NCBI GenBank assembly: GCA_947375105.1
Contig: CANCET010000002.1
Location: 10,471 to 74,470, forward strand
Source: Sphingomonadaceae bacterium
GTDB taxonomy: Bacteria > Pseudomonadota > Alphaproteobacteria > Sphingomonadales > Sphingomonadaceae
Reading direction: 5' to 3'
Length of the DNA: 64,000 bases
Positions 9,660-18,563 of this stretch are shown here, piece after piece (the stretch's first letter is position 1; every line of letters begins with the position of its first letter). The notes below the pieces were generated by a model. It saw only the letters and a list, made by a program, of their open reading frames with translations. It ran no database searches and was not told the origin of the DNA. The position numbers and the translations under genes are program-made.

Positions 9660-10822
9660 TGATTGAACGCTCCCTCTTCCAGCCCGAGCATGAGATGTGG
9701 CGCCAGACGGTCCGTCACTTCGTTGAGAAGGAAATCGTCCCGTTCCACGAGCAGTGGGAAAAAGACGGGATCGTGCCACGTGAGTTGTGGCTCAAGGCAG
9801 GCGAGGCCGGCATGCTGTGCTGCACCGTGCCCGAAGAATACGGCGGTCTTGGGCTCGACTATCTGTTCGATGTGGTCGTGTTCGAGGAACTTTGGCGCGT
9901 GGGTGCCAGCGGCCCGGGTTTCCTGATCCATGCGGATCTGGTCGCCACCTATATCCTCAGCTTCGGCAGCGAAGAGCAGAAGCGCCACTGGCTGCCCAAG
10001 ATGGTGCGCGGCGAGGCGATCGGCTCGCTCGGCATGACCGAGCCGCACGCTGGCAGCGACCTCAAGGCGATCCGCACCAAGGCCGAGCGCGATGGCAACC
10101 ACTTCGTCATCAATGGGCAGAAAGTGTTCATTTCAAACGGCCAGATGTGCGACGTGCTGGTACTGGCGACCAAGACAGATACCGCCGCCGGCGCCAAGGG
10201 CGTGACGCTGTTTCTCGTCGATGCTTCGTTGCCCGGCTTTAATCGGGGCAAAAATCTCGACAAGCTGGGGATGAAGGCACAAGACACCTCGGAGCTTTTC
10301 TTCGACAACCTGCGCGTTGATGCCGATGCGATGCTGGGCGAGGAAGGCAAAGGCTTCTCGCTGATGATGACCAAGCTGGCGCAGGAACGGCTGGCGCAGG
10401 CGGTCCGCTCAGCCACTGTGATCGAGACGGTGATCGACTACACGGTCGAATACACCAGCGAGCGCAAGGCCTTCGACCAGACCATCGCAGACTTCCAGAA
10501 CACCCAGTTCGTGCTCGCCGACCTGAAAGCCCGCAGCGTGATGGCACGCGTGTTTACCGACAAGTGCATCGAGCTGTTCATGCGCGGCGAGCTCAATCCC
10601 GTCGATGCCGCCATGGCCAAGATGGTCACGTCAGAGCTGCACTGCGAGACCGTCGACAAGTGCCTGCAATTGTTCGGCGGCTGGGGCTATATGTGGGAGT
10701 ATCCCATTGCGCGGGCCTATGCCGATGCGCGGATCGTCAAGATCGCCGGTGGTTCCATCGAGGTAATGAAGACCATCATCTCGCGCGACCTGTTCAAGGG
10801 CAAGTTGAGTGCAAAAAGGTGA
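9659..10822 (+). CDS. Acyl-CoA dehydrogenase (LCAD-like)
   Basis: GMTEPHAGSDL, NGQKVFISNG, LAQERL, QLFGGWGYMWEYPIAR. Confidence 0.93.
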   Translation: MIERSLFQPEHEMWRQTVRHFVEKEIVPFHEQWEKDGIVPRELWLKAGEAGMLCCTVPEEYGGLGLDYLFDVVVFEELWRVGASGPGFLIHADLVATYILSFGSEEQKRHWLPKMVRGEAIGSLGMTEPHAGSDLKAIRTKAERDGNHFVINGQKVFISNGQMCDVLVLATKTDTAAGAKGVTLFLVDASLPGFNRGKNLDKLGMKAQDTSELFFDNLRVDADAMLGEEGKGFSLMMTKLAQERLAQAVRSATVIETVIDYTVEYTSERKAFDQTIADFQNTQFVLADLKARSVMARVFTDKCIELFMRGELNPVDAAMAKMVTSELHCETVDKCLQLFGGWGYMWEYPIARAYADARIVKIAGGSIEVMKTIISRDLFKGKLSAKR

Positions 10823-10896
10823 ACAGGCTTACTCCACCTCTTGCGCAAGGCGCAGCTGCGGTTAGTCCGAGAGATGTCTCTCCCGGAGTTTCCTTG

Positions 10897-11376
10897 ATGG
10901 TCCAGAAAAATCTCGATTCCAGTCTGCGCTTCGGTTTCCTCATTCACGATGTCTCGCGCCTGCGCCGAATCGTGGTTGATCGTGCGCTCAAGCCGCTCGG
11001 GTTGACGCGCTCACAGTGGTGGGTGCTGGCTTTCCTTTCGCGCCGCGACGGCATGACCCAGACCGCGCTGGCGGCAGACCTGGATCTGACCAAAGTCGCG
11101 ATTGGCGGCCTGATCGACCGGATGGAATCAGGCGGGTTCGTCGAACGGCGCGCCGATGAACGTGATGCACGCGCACGCCGGGTCTTCCTGACCCGCGCCG
11201 GGCTCAAGCTTGTCTCGACCATCCGCGAAAGCGTCGACGCGGTCGAGGCCGATATTCTGGCCACAGTCAGCGAGGACGAACTCGACGCAGCGGCGCTCGT
11301 GCTCGTGAAAATCAAGAACCGCCTGCTCGATATGGCGGGCGGCGAAGCAGAGGGCGGGCAGGACCTGGATCTCTGA
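10897..11376 (+). CDS. MarR-family transcriptional regulator
   Basis: LGLTRSQWWVL, GMTQTALA, LIDRME..VER..DERDARARRVFLT; start trimmed to MVQKNLD. Confidence 0.9.
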   Translation: MVQKNLDSSLRFGFLIHDVSRLRRIVVDRALKPLGLTRSQWWVLAFLSRRDGMTQTALAADLDLTKVAIGGLIDRMESGGFVERRADERDARARRVFLTRAGLKLVSTIRESVDAVEADILATVSEDELDAAALVLVKIKNRLLDMAGGEAEGGQDLDL

Positions 11377-11416
11377 CCGCCATACCTGAATGCAAAAATG
11401 CCGAACGGAGGAATAC

Positions 11417-12178
11417 GTGAGAGGACTGGACGGAAAAGTCGCCATTGTCACCGGCGGCGGACAGGGCATTGGCCGCGCCTTGACGCTGCGGCTTGCGGCG
11501 GAAGGCTGCAAGGTCGCAATCTTCGACCTCAGCATGGCGGCGGGCGAAGAGACTGCGCAGCTGGCGGGTGATGGTGCCACCATCCGCACCTGGCAGCTTG
11601 ATGTCAGCGATCTGCCTGCCGTCCAGGCCGCTGTCGAGGCGGTCGAAGTCGAACTGGGCCCGATTTGGACGCTGGTCAACAACGCCGGCTGGGACCGCCC
11701 CGCCCCTTTCCTCAAAACCACGCCCGAATTCTGGGACAAAGTGATCGCGATCAACCTCACCGGCAATCTCAACACCCATTTTGCCGTGGCTGGCAAGATG
11801 GTCGAGCATGGCGGCGGCCGCATCATCAACATCGCCTCGGATGCCGCCAAGGTCGGCACCGCGATGGAAGCAGTCTATTCGGCGTGCAAGGGCGGCCTCA
11901 TCAGCTTCACCAAGTCGATCGCCCGCGAACTCGCGCGCAAGAACGTACTGTGCAACGCCGTGTGCCCGGGGCCGACCAACACCCCGATGATGACCGAAGT
12001 CGCCGGCACCGGCCCCGAGGCCGAGAAGTGGAAGGCCGCGCTAGAACGCGGCATTCCGCTTGGCCGCATGGGCGAGCCTGAGGACTACGCCGGGATCGTC
12101 GCGTTGCTCGCTTCCGATGACGGCGCCTACATTACCGGCCAGGCCATTTCGGTCTCCGGCGGCATGAACATGGTCTGA
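11417..12178 (+). CDS. badH: 2-hydroxycyclohexanecarboxyl-CoA dehydrogenase-like SDR (BadH-like)
   Basis: VNNAGWD, IINIASDAAKVG..EAVYSACKGG, VCPGPTNT, SVSGG match R. palustris BadH as recalled; GTG start after GGAGG. Confidence 0.72.
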   Translation: MRGLDGKVAIVTGGGQGIGRALTLRLAAEGCKVAIFDLSMAAGEETAQLAGDGATIRTWQLDVSDLPAVQAAVEAVEVELGPIWTLVNNAGWDRPAPFLKTTPEFWDKVIAINLTGNLNTHFAVAGKMVEHGGGRIINIASDAAKVGTAMEAVYSACKGGLISFTKSIARELARKNVLCNAVCPGPTNTPMMTEVAGTGPEAEKWKAALERGIPLGRMGEPEDYAGIVALLASDDGAYITGQAISVSGGMNMV

Positions 12179-12188
12179 GACAGACGCA

Positions 12189-12617
12189 ATGCCGCCGATC
12201 GGTCCGCCTCATCTAGCCGGAAACTGGGCCTGCCATGTGCCCCCCGGCGACGGGACCTGGACGATCGGCGATGTATGGATTGATCGCCAGAGCGGAAGGC
12301 TGGCCCTGTTCGTAACCACAGCACACTGCAACCCGTTTGACGTGATGCACGGCGGCGCACTGGCCACCTTTGCCGATTACCAATGCGCGGCCTTGCGTGA
12401 CTATTCCGATGACGGTGCAGACCATACGCCGACTGTCACGCTGTCGGTCGACTATCTCGCCCCGGTCCCCCGGGGTCGGTGGCTGCTGGCGGAGGTGACG
12501 CTCCTGCGCGGGACTGGCAGCCTGATTTTCACGCAGGCGGTCATGACCGTCGATGGCACCAAGGTTGGCCGGTCGAACGCAATTTATCGCAGTTTCAAAA
12601 GGAAGGATGCGCCATGA
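12189..12617 (+). CDS. PaaI-family hot-dog thioesterase
   Basis: NPFDVMHGGALATFAD, TVTLSVDYLAP. Confidence 0.85.
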   Translation: MPPIGPPHLAGNWACHVPPGDGTWTIGDVWIDRQSGRLALFVTTAHCNPFDVMHGGALATFADYQCAALRDYSDDGADHTPTVTLSVDYLAPVPRGRWLLAEVTLLRGTGSLIFTQAVMTVDGTKVGRSNAIYRSFKRKDAP

Positions 12618-13405
12618 GCACCCCCGAATTCGAAGACATTCTCTATGAAGTGCGCGGCCGCGCCGCATGGGTCACGATCAACCGTCCCAAGCTTTACAAC
12701 GCTTTTCGCGCGCAGACGATCGAGGAATTGATCGCCGCATTCAAGCTTGCCGCCGATGATCGGGGTGTGTCGTCGATTGTGCTGACCGGCGCGGGCGACA
12801 AGGCATTCTGCACCGGCGGTGACCAGAGCGCGAAGGACGGCCAGTATGACGGGCGCGGCATTGTCGGACTGCCGATCGACGAATTCCAGTCGATCATTCG
12901 CGACATTCCCAAGCCCGTGATCGCGCGCGTCAACGGCTTCGCGATTGGCGGCGGCAATGTGTTTGCCACGCTCTGCGACCTCACCATCGCGGCCGACACG
13001 GCCAAGTTCGGCCAGGTCGGCCCCAAGGTCGGCTCGGTCGATGCCGGCTGGGGCACTGCATTTCTCGCCCGCCACGTAGGCGACAAGAAGGCGCGGGAGA
13101 TGTGGTTCCTGAACCTGCAGTACTCGGCGCAGGAAGCGCTCGAGATGGGCCTCGTCAACAAGGTGGTCCCTGCTGCCGAGCTCGACGCAGCGGTCGATGA
13201 GTGGACCGAGATGCTCGGCCAGCGTTCGCCTACGGCGCTGGCGCTGGCCAAGCGCAGCTTCAATGCCGACAGCGACAACATTCGCGGCATTTCGATGATG
13301 GCGCTCAATTCGGTGAAGCTGTTTTACGACACCGAAGAATCGAAGGAAGGTATGCGCGCGTTCCAGGAACGACGCACGCCGGACTTCCACAAATACGTGA
13401 AGTAG
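12614..13405 (+). CDS. badI: 2-ketocyclohexanecarboxyl-CoA hydrolase (ring-opening crotonase, BadI-like)
   Basis: FCTGGDQS..DGQYDGRGIVGLP, FGQVGPKVGSVD, RSPTALALAKRSFN, PDFHKYVK closely follow BadI as recalled; start at MSTPEFED. Confidence 0.85.
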   Translation: MSTPEFEDILYEVRGRAAWVTINRPKLYNAFRAQTIEELIAAFKLAADDRGVSSIVLTGAGDKAFCTGGDQSAKDGQYDGRGIVGLPIDEFQSIIRDIPKPVIARVNGFAIGGGNVFATLCDLTIAADTAKFGQVGPKVGSVDAGWGTAFLARHVGDKKAREMWFLNLQYSAQEALEMGLVNKVVPAAELDAAVDEWTEMLGQRSPTALALAKRSFNADSDNIRGISMMALNSVKLFYDTEESKEGMRAFQERRTPDFHKYVK

Positions 13406-13425
13406 GCGGATTTGGGGCGCAGCAC

Positions 13426-14667
13426 ATGACGAAGCGCCTGCTGCGCCCTGGAGACCTGCCCGGCGTTCTGCCGCCGGGCGGGCTAACACTCGTCTCCTCC
13501 TGCTCGGCGGAATCCGATCTGCTGATCGCCGAGGTTGCCGCCGCCGGAAGAGCACTGGGCGCGATGACGTTCTCGGGCATCTTTGTCCCTGGACTCAACA
13601 AGGCGGTCTGGCGCGCAGGGCATGACGCGCGCGTCCTGACATTTTTCCAGACGTCGGAACTGCGCCGCGAAGGCGCGCGAAGCCAGTTCCTGCCGCTGTG
13701 CTATCAAGACATCTTGGCGCTCTATCGCCAGCAGAAGCCTGCCGCAGCGCTGTTCATGTGCAGCCCGCCCGATGCCGAGGGAAATTGCAGCTTCGGCGCG
13801 GAGACCGGGTTTATCGCGGCCCTGTGGCGCGAGATTCCGGTGCGCATTGCCCACTTCAATCCGCTGATGCCCCGCACGGCGGGTGATCCCGGCATTCCAT
13901 TTGCAGAGCTGACCGGCTGGTACGAGAGCGAGCAGCCGCTGCGCACGATGGCCAGCGGCGAGGACGTGACAAGCCTCGCTATCGCCGCCCACGTCGCGCC
14001 GCTCATCCCCGATGGGGCGACGGTTCAAACCGGGCTGGGCAAGATACCTGATGCCGTGCTCCGCGCGCTCACGGGCCATCGCGGCCTGCGGCTCCACACG
14101 GGCCTCATCGGCGATGGTGCGCTGGAACTCGTGCGCTCGGGCGCGATGGCAGACGGCCCGTCAGCACTGGTCGGGGTCGCGATCGGCAGTACCGCGCTCT
14201 ATGACGGGCTCGGCGATCCCCATTTCCAGTTCCGCCCGGTCAGTGTCACCCACGATCCGGCAACGCTCGGCGCAATGGAGCGGTTCGTCACGATCAATTC
14301 GGCGATGGAAGTCGATCTTTACGGACAGGTCCATGCAGAAGCATCGGCGCGGGGGTTCCTGTCGGGACCCGGCGGCGGGGGCGACTATGCGCGCGGCGCA
14401 AGGGCCGCCGGCGGCCTGAGGATCATCGCGCTGCCGTCGGAGGCAGGCACTGCCAGCCGCATTGTTCCGGCAGGCGGAGGGCACGGTCCGGTCTCGCTCT
14501 CGCGTTTCGATGTCGATGTGGTCGTAACCGAACATGGCGCGGCAGACTTGCGCAATCTGGGGCACGAGGCGCGCGCGCAGGCGCTGATCGGCATCGCCGC
14601 ACCCCATACCCGCGAGACTTTGGCCCGGCATTGGCGCGATGCCATGCAGGCCCTGCAGGAGAGTTGA
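13426..14667 (+). CDS. Acetyl-CoA hydrolase/transferase family protein (class I CoA-transferase fold; catalytic Glu apparently replaced by Gly)
   Basis: DGATVQTGLGKIPDAVL, INSAMEVDLYGQ, DVDVVVTEHG; HTGL where HSEM is expected. Confidence 0.85.
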   Translation: MTKRLLRPGDLPGVLPPGGLTLVSSCSAESDLLIAEVAAAGRALGAMTFSGIFVPGLNKAVWRAGHDARVLTFFQTSELRREGARSQFLPLCYQDILALYRQQKPAAALFMCSPPDAEGNCSFGAETGFIAALWREIPVRIAHFNPLMPRTAGDPGIPFAELTGWYESEQPLRTMASGEDVTSLAIAAHVAPLIPDGATVQTGLGKIPDAVLRALTGHRGLRLHTGLIGDGALELVRSGAMADGPSALVGVAIGSTALYDGLGDPHFQFRPVSVTHDPATLGAMERFVTINSAMEVDLYGQVHAEASARGFLSGPGGGGDYARGARAAGGLRIIALPSEAGTASRIVPAGGGHGPVSLSRFDVDVVVTEHGAADLRNLGHEARAQALIGIAAPHTRETLARHWRDAMQALQES

Positions 14668-14669
14668 AC

Positions 14670-15599
14670 GTGGCACAGCACAAAGTCATCATCAGCTGCG
14701 CGGTTACGGGCTCGATCCATACTCCGTCGATGTCACCGCACCTGCCTGTCACCGCGCAGGAGATCGCCGAGGCGGCGCTGGGTGCCGCCGAAGCCGGCGC
14801 CGCCATTGTCCACCTCCACGCCCGCGATCCGCAGGATGGTCATCCGGTCCACACACCCGAGGACTTCGAACCGTTCCTGCGCGTGATCAAGCAGAGCAGC
14901 AACGTAGTCGTGAATCTCACCACCGGCGCCTCGCCCTATATGCCGGTCGAATACCGCGTGAAGCCGGCCGAAGTGTGGAGGCCCGAAGTCGCCAGCCTCA
15001 ACATGGGCTCGATGAATTTTGGCCTCTTCCCGATGCTGAAGCGCTTCAAGGAGTTCCAGCACGCGTGGGAGCCGGAAATGCTGGAGGGGAGCCACGATCT
15101 GGTTTTCCGCAACAGCTTCAAAGACATCCGCTATGCGCTCGACACGCTGAACGCCACCGGCACGCGCTATGAGTTCGAGTGCTACGACACCAGCCACCTC
15201 TACAATCTGCACTACTTCTGGAGCGAAGGGCTCGTGCAAGCCCCGCTGTTCATCCAGACCTGTTTCGGCCTGCTAGGCGGGATCGGCGCGCATCCGGATG
15301 ACGTGATGCACATGAAGCGGACAGCGGACCGGCTGTTTGGCGACAACTACCGCTGGTCTGTCTTGGCTGCGGGGGCGAACCAGATGAAAGTCGCCGCCAT
15401 GGCTGCGGGCATGGGCGGCCATGTGCGCGTCGGGCTGGAGGACAGCCTGTGGATCGGGCGCGGGCAACTGGCGCGGAGCAATGCTGAACAGGTTACCCGC
15501 GTGCGCCAGATCATCGAGGGGCTCGGACTAGAGGTCGCCACGCCGGATGATGCCCGCGCGATCCTTTCCCTGAAGGGCGCCGATGCCGTCGGCTTCTGA
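14670..15599 (+). CDS. BKACE / beta-keto acid cleavage enzyme (DUF849), copy 1
   Basis: IISCAVTG, IVHLHARDP, SLNMGSMNF, EFECYD, HVRVGLEDSL; GTG start. Confidence 0.9.
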   Translation: MAQHKVIISCAVTGSIHTPSMSPHLPVTAQEIAEAALGAAEAGAAIVHLHARDPQDGHPVHTPEDFEPFLRVIKQSSNVVVNLTTGASPYMPVEYRVKPAEVWRPEVASLNMGSMNFGLFPMLKRFKEFQHAWEPEMLEGSHDLVFRNSFKDIRYALDTLNATGTRYEFECYDTSHLYNLHYFWSEGLVQAPLFIQTCFGLLGGIGAHPDDVMHMKRTADRLFGDNYRWSVLAAGANQMKVAAMAAGMGGHVRVGLEDSLWIGRGQLARSNAEQVTRVRQIIEGLGLEVATPDDARAILSLKGADAVGF

Positions 15600-17004
15600 A
15601 GCGTTCCTGCCGCTGGCGGACCTGTTTGCGCGGGTTCCGCCCGAACGCGAGGCGCTGGTCCACGGAACCGAGCGCTGGACGTTTGGCCAGCTCGATGCGC
15701 GCAGTGCGCAGCTGGCGGCATGGCTCATCGGTAAAGGTGTGGAGCCCCACGATCTGGTGGCCTTCCAGCTTCCGAACGGGCCTGACTTTCTCGCGCTCAC
15801 TTTCGCCATCTACCGCTGCGGCGCGACTCCGGCGCCGCTCTCGCATCGCCTTCCCCCCACAGAGCACGATGCCATCATCGGCGTGATGCAGCCGCGCTGC
15901 GCCATCGATGCCGCGATGCTGCCCGCGCCCTCGTCCCACCATGCCCCAGTGGAGCCGTGCCCGGTTGCGGCGTCGTGGAAGGCCTGCACCAGCGGCGGCA
16001 GCACCGGTACGCCCAAGGTCATCGTCGATGGCCGCCCTGCCGGTTTTCCCGCTGGCACCGCCTTCATCGGAATCCCCGCCGACGGCCGGGTCATTGTACC
16101 CGGGCCGCTTTACCACAACGCCCCGTTCAGCGCGGCGGTGTTCGCACTGTGGAATGGCTCCACCGTCCACACCATGGAGAGGTTCGACGCGGTGGCGGCG
16201 CTTGATATCATCGCGCGAGAGGGGATTGGCTGGGCGCTGATGGTGCCGACCATGATGCACCGGATCATGGCCCTGCCTGAAACCGCGCGGCCAGCTGCGC
16301 GCTATGCCGCTTGGAAGCAGGTTGTGCACACCGCCGCCCCGATGGCGCCTTGGCTCAAATCGGCGTGGATCGACTGGCTCGGCCCGGATCATGTCTGGGA
16401 AGTCTATGGCGCTACCGAGGGTCTTGCCCGCTGCTGGATCGGCGGGCGCGAGTGGCTCGAACGTCCCGGTTCAGTCGGCCGCCCCATCGGCGGTGCCCGT
16501 ATCCGCATCCTGCGCCCCGATGGCAGCGACGCGGCACCGGGCGAGCAAGGCGAGGTCTATGCTATGCCGCCCGGCGGCCCCGGATCGACTTACCGCTACA
16601 TCGGGGCCGAGCGCCGTGCGACCGCCGAGGGCTGGGAAACCGTCGGCGATATCGGTTGGCTCGATGCGGACGGCTTTCTCTTCCTGGCAGACCGCAAGGA
16701 TGATCTGATCATCAGCGGCGGCATCAACATCTGGCCCGCCGAAGTCGAGGCCGCCATCCTGCGTCACCCAGCCGTGCGCAGCTGCGCGGTCTTCGGCAAG
16801 TCCGATCCCGATCTGGGTGCGCGTGTCCACGCCGTCATCGAAACCGACTCGGCGCTGTCAGCGAGTGACCTCTCGTCCTTCCTCGCCGACCACCTCGCCA
16901 AGTCCAAACACCCGCGCTCGATAGACGTTACCACCCAGCGTGTCCGCGACGATGCAGGCAAGTTCCGCAAACCGCGCACGCCGATACCGGAGCCCACACC
17001 ATGA
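15583..17004 (+). CDS. Acid--CoA ligase (AMP-binding)
   Basis: TSGGSTGTPK, GPLYHNAP, YGATEG, TVGDIG, DLIISGGINIWP. Confidence 0.88.
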   Translation: MPSASEAFLPLADLFARVPPEREALVHGTERWTFGQLDARSAQLAAWLIGKGVEPHDLVAFQLPNGPDFLALTFAIYRCGATPAPLSHRLPPTEHDAIIGVMQPRCAIDAAMLPAPSSHHAPVEPCPVAASWKACTSGGSTGTPKVIVDGRPAGFPAGTAFIGIPADGRVIVPGPLYHNAPFSAAVFALWNGSTVHTMERFDAVAALDIIAREGIGWALMVPTMMHRIMALPETARPAARYAAWKQVVHTAAPMAPWLKSAWIDWLGPDHVWEVYGATEGLARCWIGGREWLERPGSVGRPIGGARIRILRPDGSDAAPGEQGEVYAMPPGGPGSTYRYIGAERRATAEGWETVGDIGWLDADGFLFLADRKDDLIISGGINIWPAEVEAAILRHPAVRSCAVFGKSDPDLGARVHAVIETDSALSASDLSSFLADHLAKSKHPRSIDVTTQRVRDDAGKFRKPRTPIPEPTP

Positions 17005-18182
17005 CCCCGCCCACTCTCACGCAGTTCCGTGCCGAGATGCAGGACAATGGCCTCGTGCACCTCGTGTTCGATTGCCCCGACAGATCGATGAACGTGTTTT
17101 CGAACAAGGCTATCCACGAGCTCGGTAAATTTGCCGAATGGCTGCACCGTGCCGATGTAAGAGGCGTGCTCGTGCGATCAGGCAAGGCCACCGGCTTTTG
17201 TGCGGGCGCAGACCTTACCGAACTCGGCGTGGCTTACGACATGATCGTCGCTGCCCCCGCTGCTGACCGGTTCGACATGGCGTTCAACCACTTCTTCCCG
17301 CTCAGCCATGCCATCCGGAGGCTGGAGACAGCGGGTAAGCCCGTCGCCGCAGCCATCGCGGGCTTAGCACTTGGCGGTGGCTGCGAACTGGCGCTCGGGG
17401 CGCACTACCGCGTCGTCACCAGCAATCGCCGGGCCATGCTCGGCCTGCCCGAATGCGCGGTGGGGCTCCTACCTGGTGCTGGGGGAACCCAGCGTATGCC
17501 GCGGCTCGTCGGCGTCGCGCTCGGCCTCGAGGTTCTGCTGTTGGGCCGCACGCTTTCTGGCGAGGAAGCGCGTGAGGCCGGCCTTGTCCATGCCGTGGTA
17601 GCCGAGGGTGAGGAGATCGCTGCGGCGGAGGAGTGGCTCCTTTCGGACCGCGCGCATGCGGTGCAGCCGTGGGACCACGCCGCGCAGCCGCTCGCCCATG
17701 TCGCCTACGCGGATGCCATCGCCGCGCATCGCACGCGCGAAATGGCGCGGATGCTTGGCCACGAACCTGCCCCGCTCGCGATCCTCGATTGCGTCGAGTT
17801 TGGGCTGATGCAGCCAATCGATGGTGCCATCCGCGCTGAAATGTCGGTTTTTGCCCACTTGATCCAGCGTCCCGAGCCGCGAAATATGATCCGAACCATG
17901 TTTCTGGGCAAGCAGGCCTATGACAAGGCCAGCCGGGAAGGCACGCTTTCGCCGGCGGTGATCGTTGCCAGCGAAGCGATCACGCGGCTTGTCGTCTCGG
18001 CCCTGCCCGAGCATCCGGATCTGACGACGGCCCTTGGATCATTGGCGCCTGAAATCGGCCAGATCGCGGCGAAACTCTCCCCGGTCGAGATGCTTCAACT
18101 GGACCATGCGGTAACGCTGAGCGGTGCAATCCCGGCCTATGCGGGCGGTGCAAGCGGCGCACTTGAACGGGCTGCGGCGTAG
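17001..18182 (+). CDS. Enoyl-CoA hydratase resembling the FadJ/FadB N-terminal domain, without the NAD-binding dehydrogenase domain
   Basis: FCAGADL, GGGCELAL and GLPE (both Glu), PGAGGTQRMPRLVG, RNMIRTMF; no GxGxxG afterwards. Confidence 0.8.
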   Translation: MTPPTLTQFRAEMQDNGLVHLVFDCPDRSMNVFSNKAIHELGKFAEWLHRADVRGVLVRSGKATGFCAGADLTELGVAYDMIVAAPAADRFDMAFNHFFPLSHAIRRLETAGKPVAAAIAGLALGGGCELALGAHYRVVTSNRRAMLGLPECAVGLLPGAGGTQRMPRLVGVALGLEVLLLGRTLSGEEAREAGLVHAVVAEGEEIAAAEEWLLSDRAHAVQPWDHAAQPLAHVAYADAIAAHRTREMARMLGHEPAPLAILDCVEFGLMQPIDGAIRAEMSVFAHLIQRPEPRNMIRTMFLGKQAYDKASREGTLSPAVIVASEAITRLVVSALPEHPDLTTALGSLAPEIGQIAAKLSPVEMLQLDHAVTLSGAIPAYAGGASGALERAAA

Positions 18183-18195
18183 GCGCTTAGCCGCA

Positions 18196-18492
18196 TCAGC
18201 CTGCGCCAAGCGCTTTCAGCGTTGCAACTTCGGGCGGCGCGCCAAGATGGGCCAACACGGCCTTGAACGCCGCCTTGTCGATCAGCTGGCTGCCGGCGGT
18301 ATAAGCTGCCGCCGATTGCCAGCGCTCGATGAAAATGAAGCGATTGGCATCCGCCTCGTCTTGCAGGAGATCGACCCCGACAACGCCATCAATCTCGGCA
18401 ATCCGCTGTGAGAGTTGGCCAAGCTCCGCTCGCAAGGCCGAAACGGCACCTTCCGCTGCCCGCAGAACATAATGCTTGATGAACAAATCCAT
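18196..18492 (-). CDS. ABM-domain small protein
   Basis: 98 aa; LLQDEADANRFIFIERWQS pattern. Confidence 0.7.
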   Translation of the reverse strand: MDLFIKHYVLRAAEGAVSALRAELGQLSQRIAEIDGVVGVDLLQDEADANRFIFIERWQSAAAYTAGSQLIDKAAFKAVLAHLGAPPEVATLKALGAG

Positions 18493-18523
18493 GGGCGCGT
18501 CTCGCTCTTGCTGCCAAGGCGCT

Positions 18524-18546
18524 GGGCAGAGTCAACCGCTCTGCCC
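18524..18546. other. Intergenic hairpin (8-bp stem, 7-nt loop)
   Basis: GGGCAGAG-TCAACCG-CTCTGCCC; no U-tract. Confidence 0.5.
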
Positions 18547-18563
18547 GCAACCTCCCTCCGGGG

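Noticed and set aside
10840-10849. Perfect 10-bp palindrome CTTGCGCAAG upstream of marR (and GCTTGCAAGC at 22578-22587)
   Set aside because: Short, single occurrences that could arise by chance; no repeated consensus.
10897-11376. badR for the MarR
   Set aside because: It does not resemble R. palustris BadR as recalled beyond the generic MarR fold.
12614-13405. menB (naphthoate synthase)
   Set aside because: The sequence follows BadI, the neighbour is BadH-like, and no other men genes are present.
17900-18182. Frameshifted HAD domain downstream of the FadJ-like hydratase
   Set aside because: No GxGxxG seen in the alternative frames and too little space before the convergent ABM gene; an in-frame deletion fits better.
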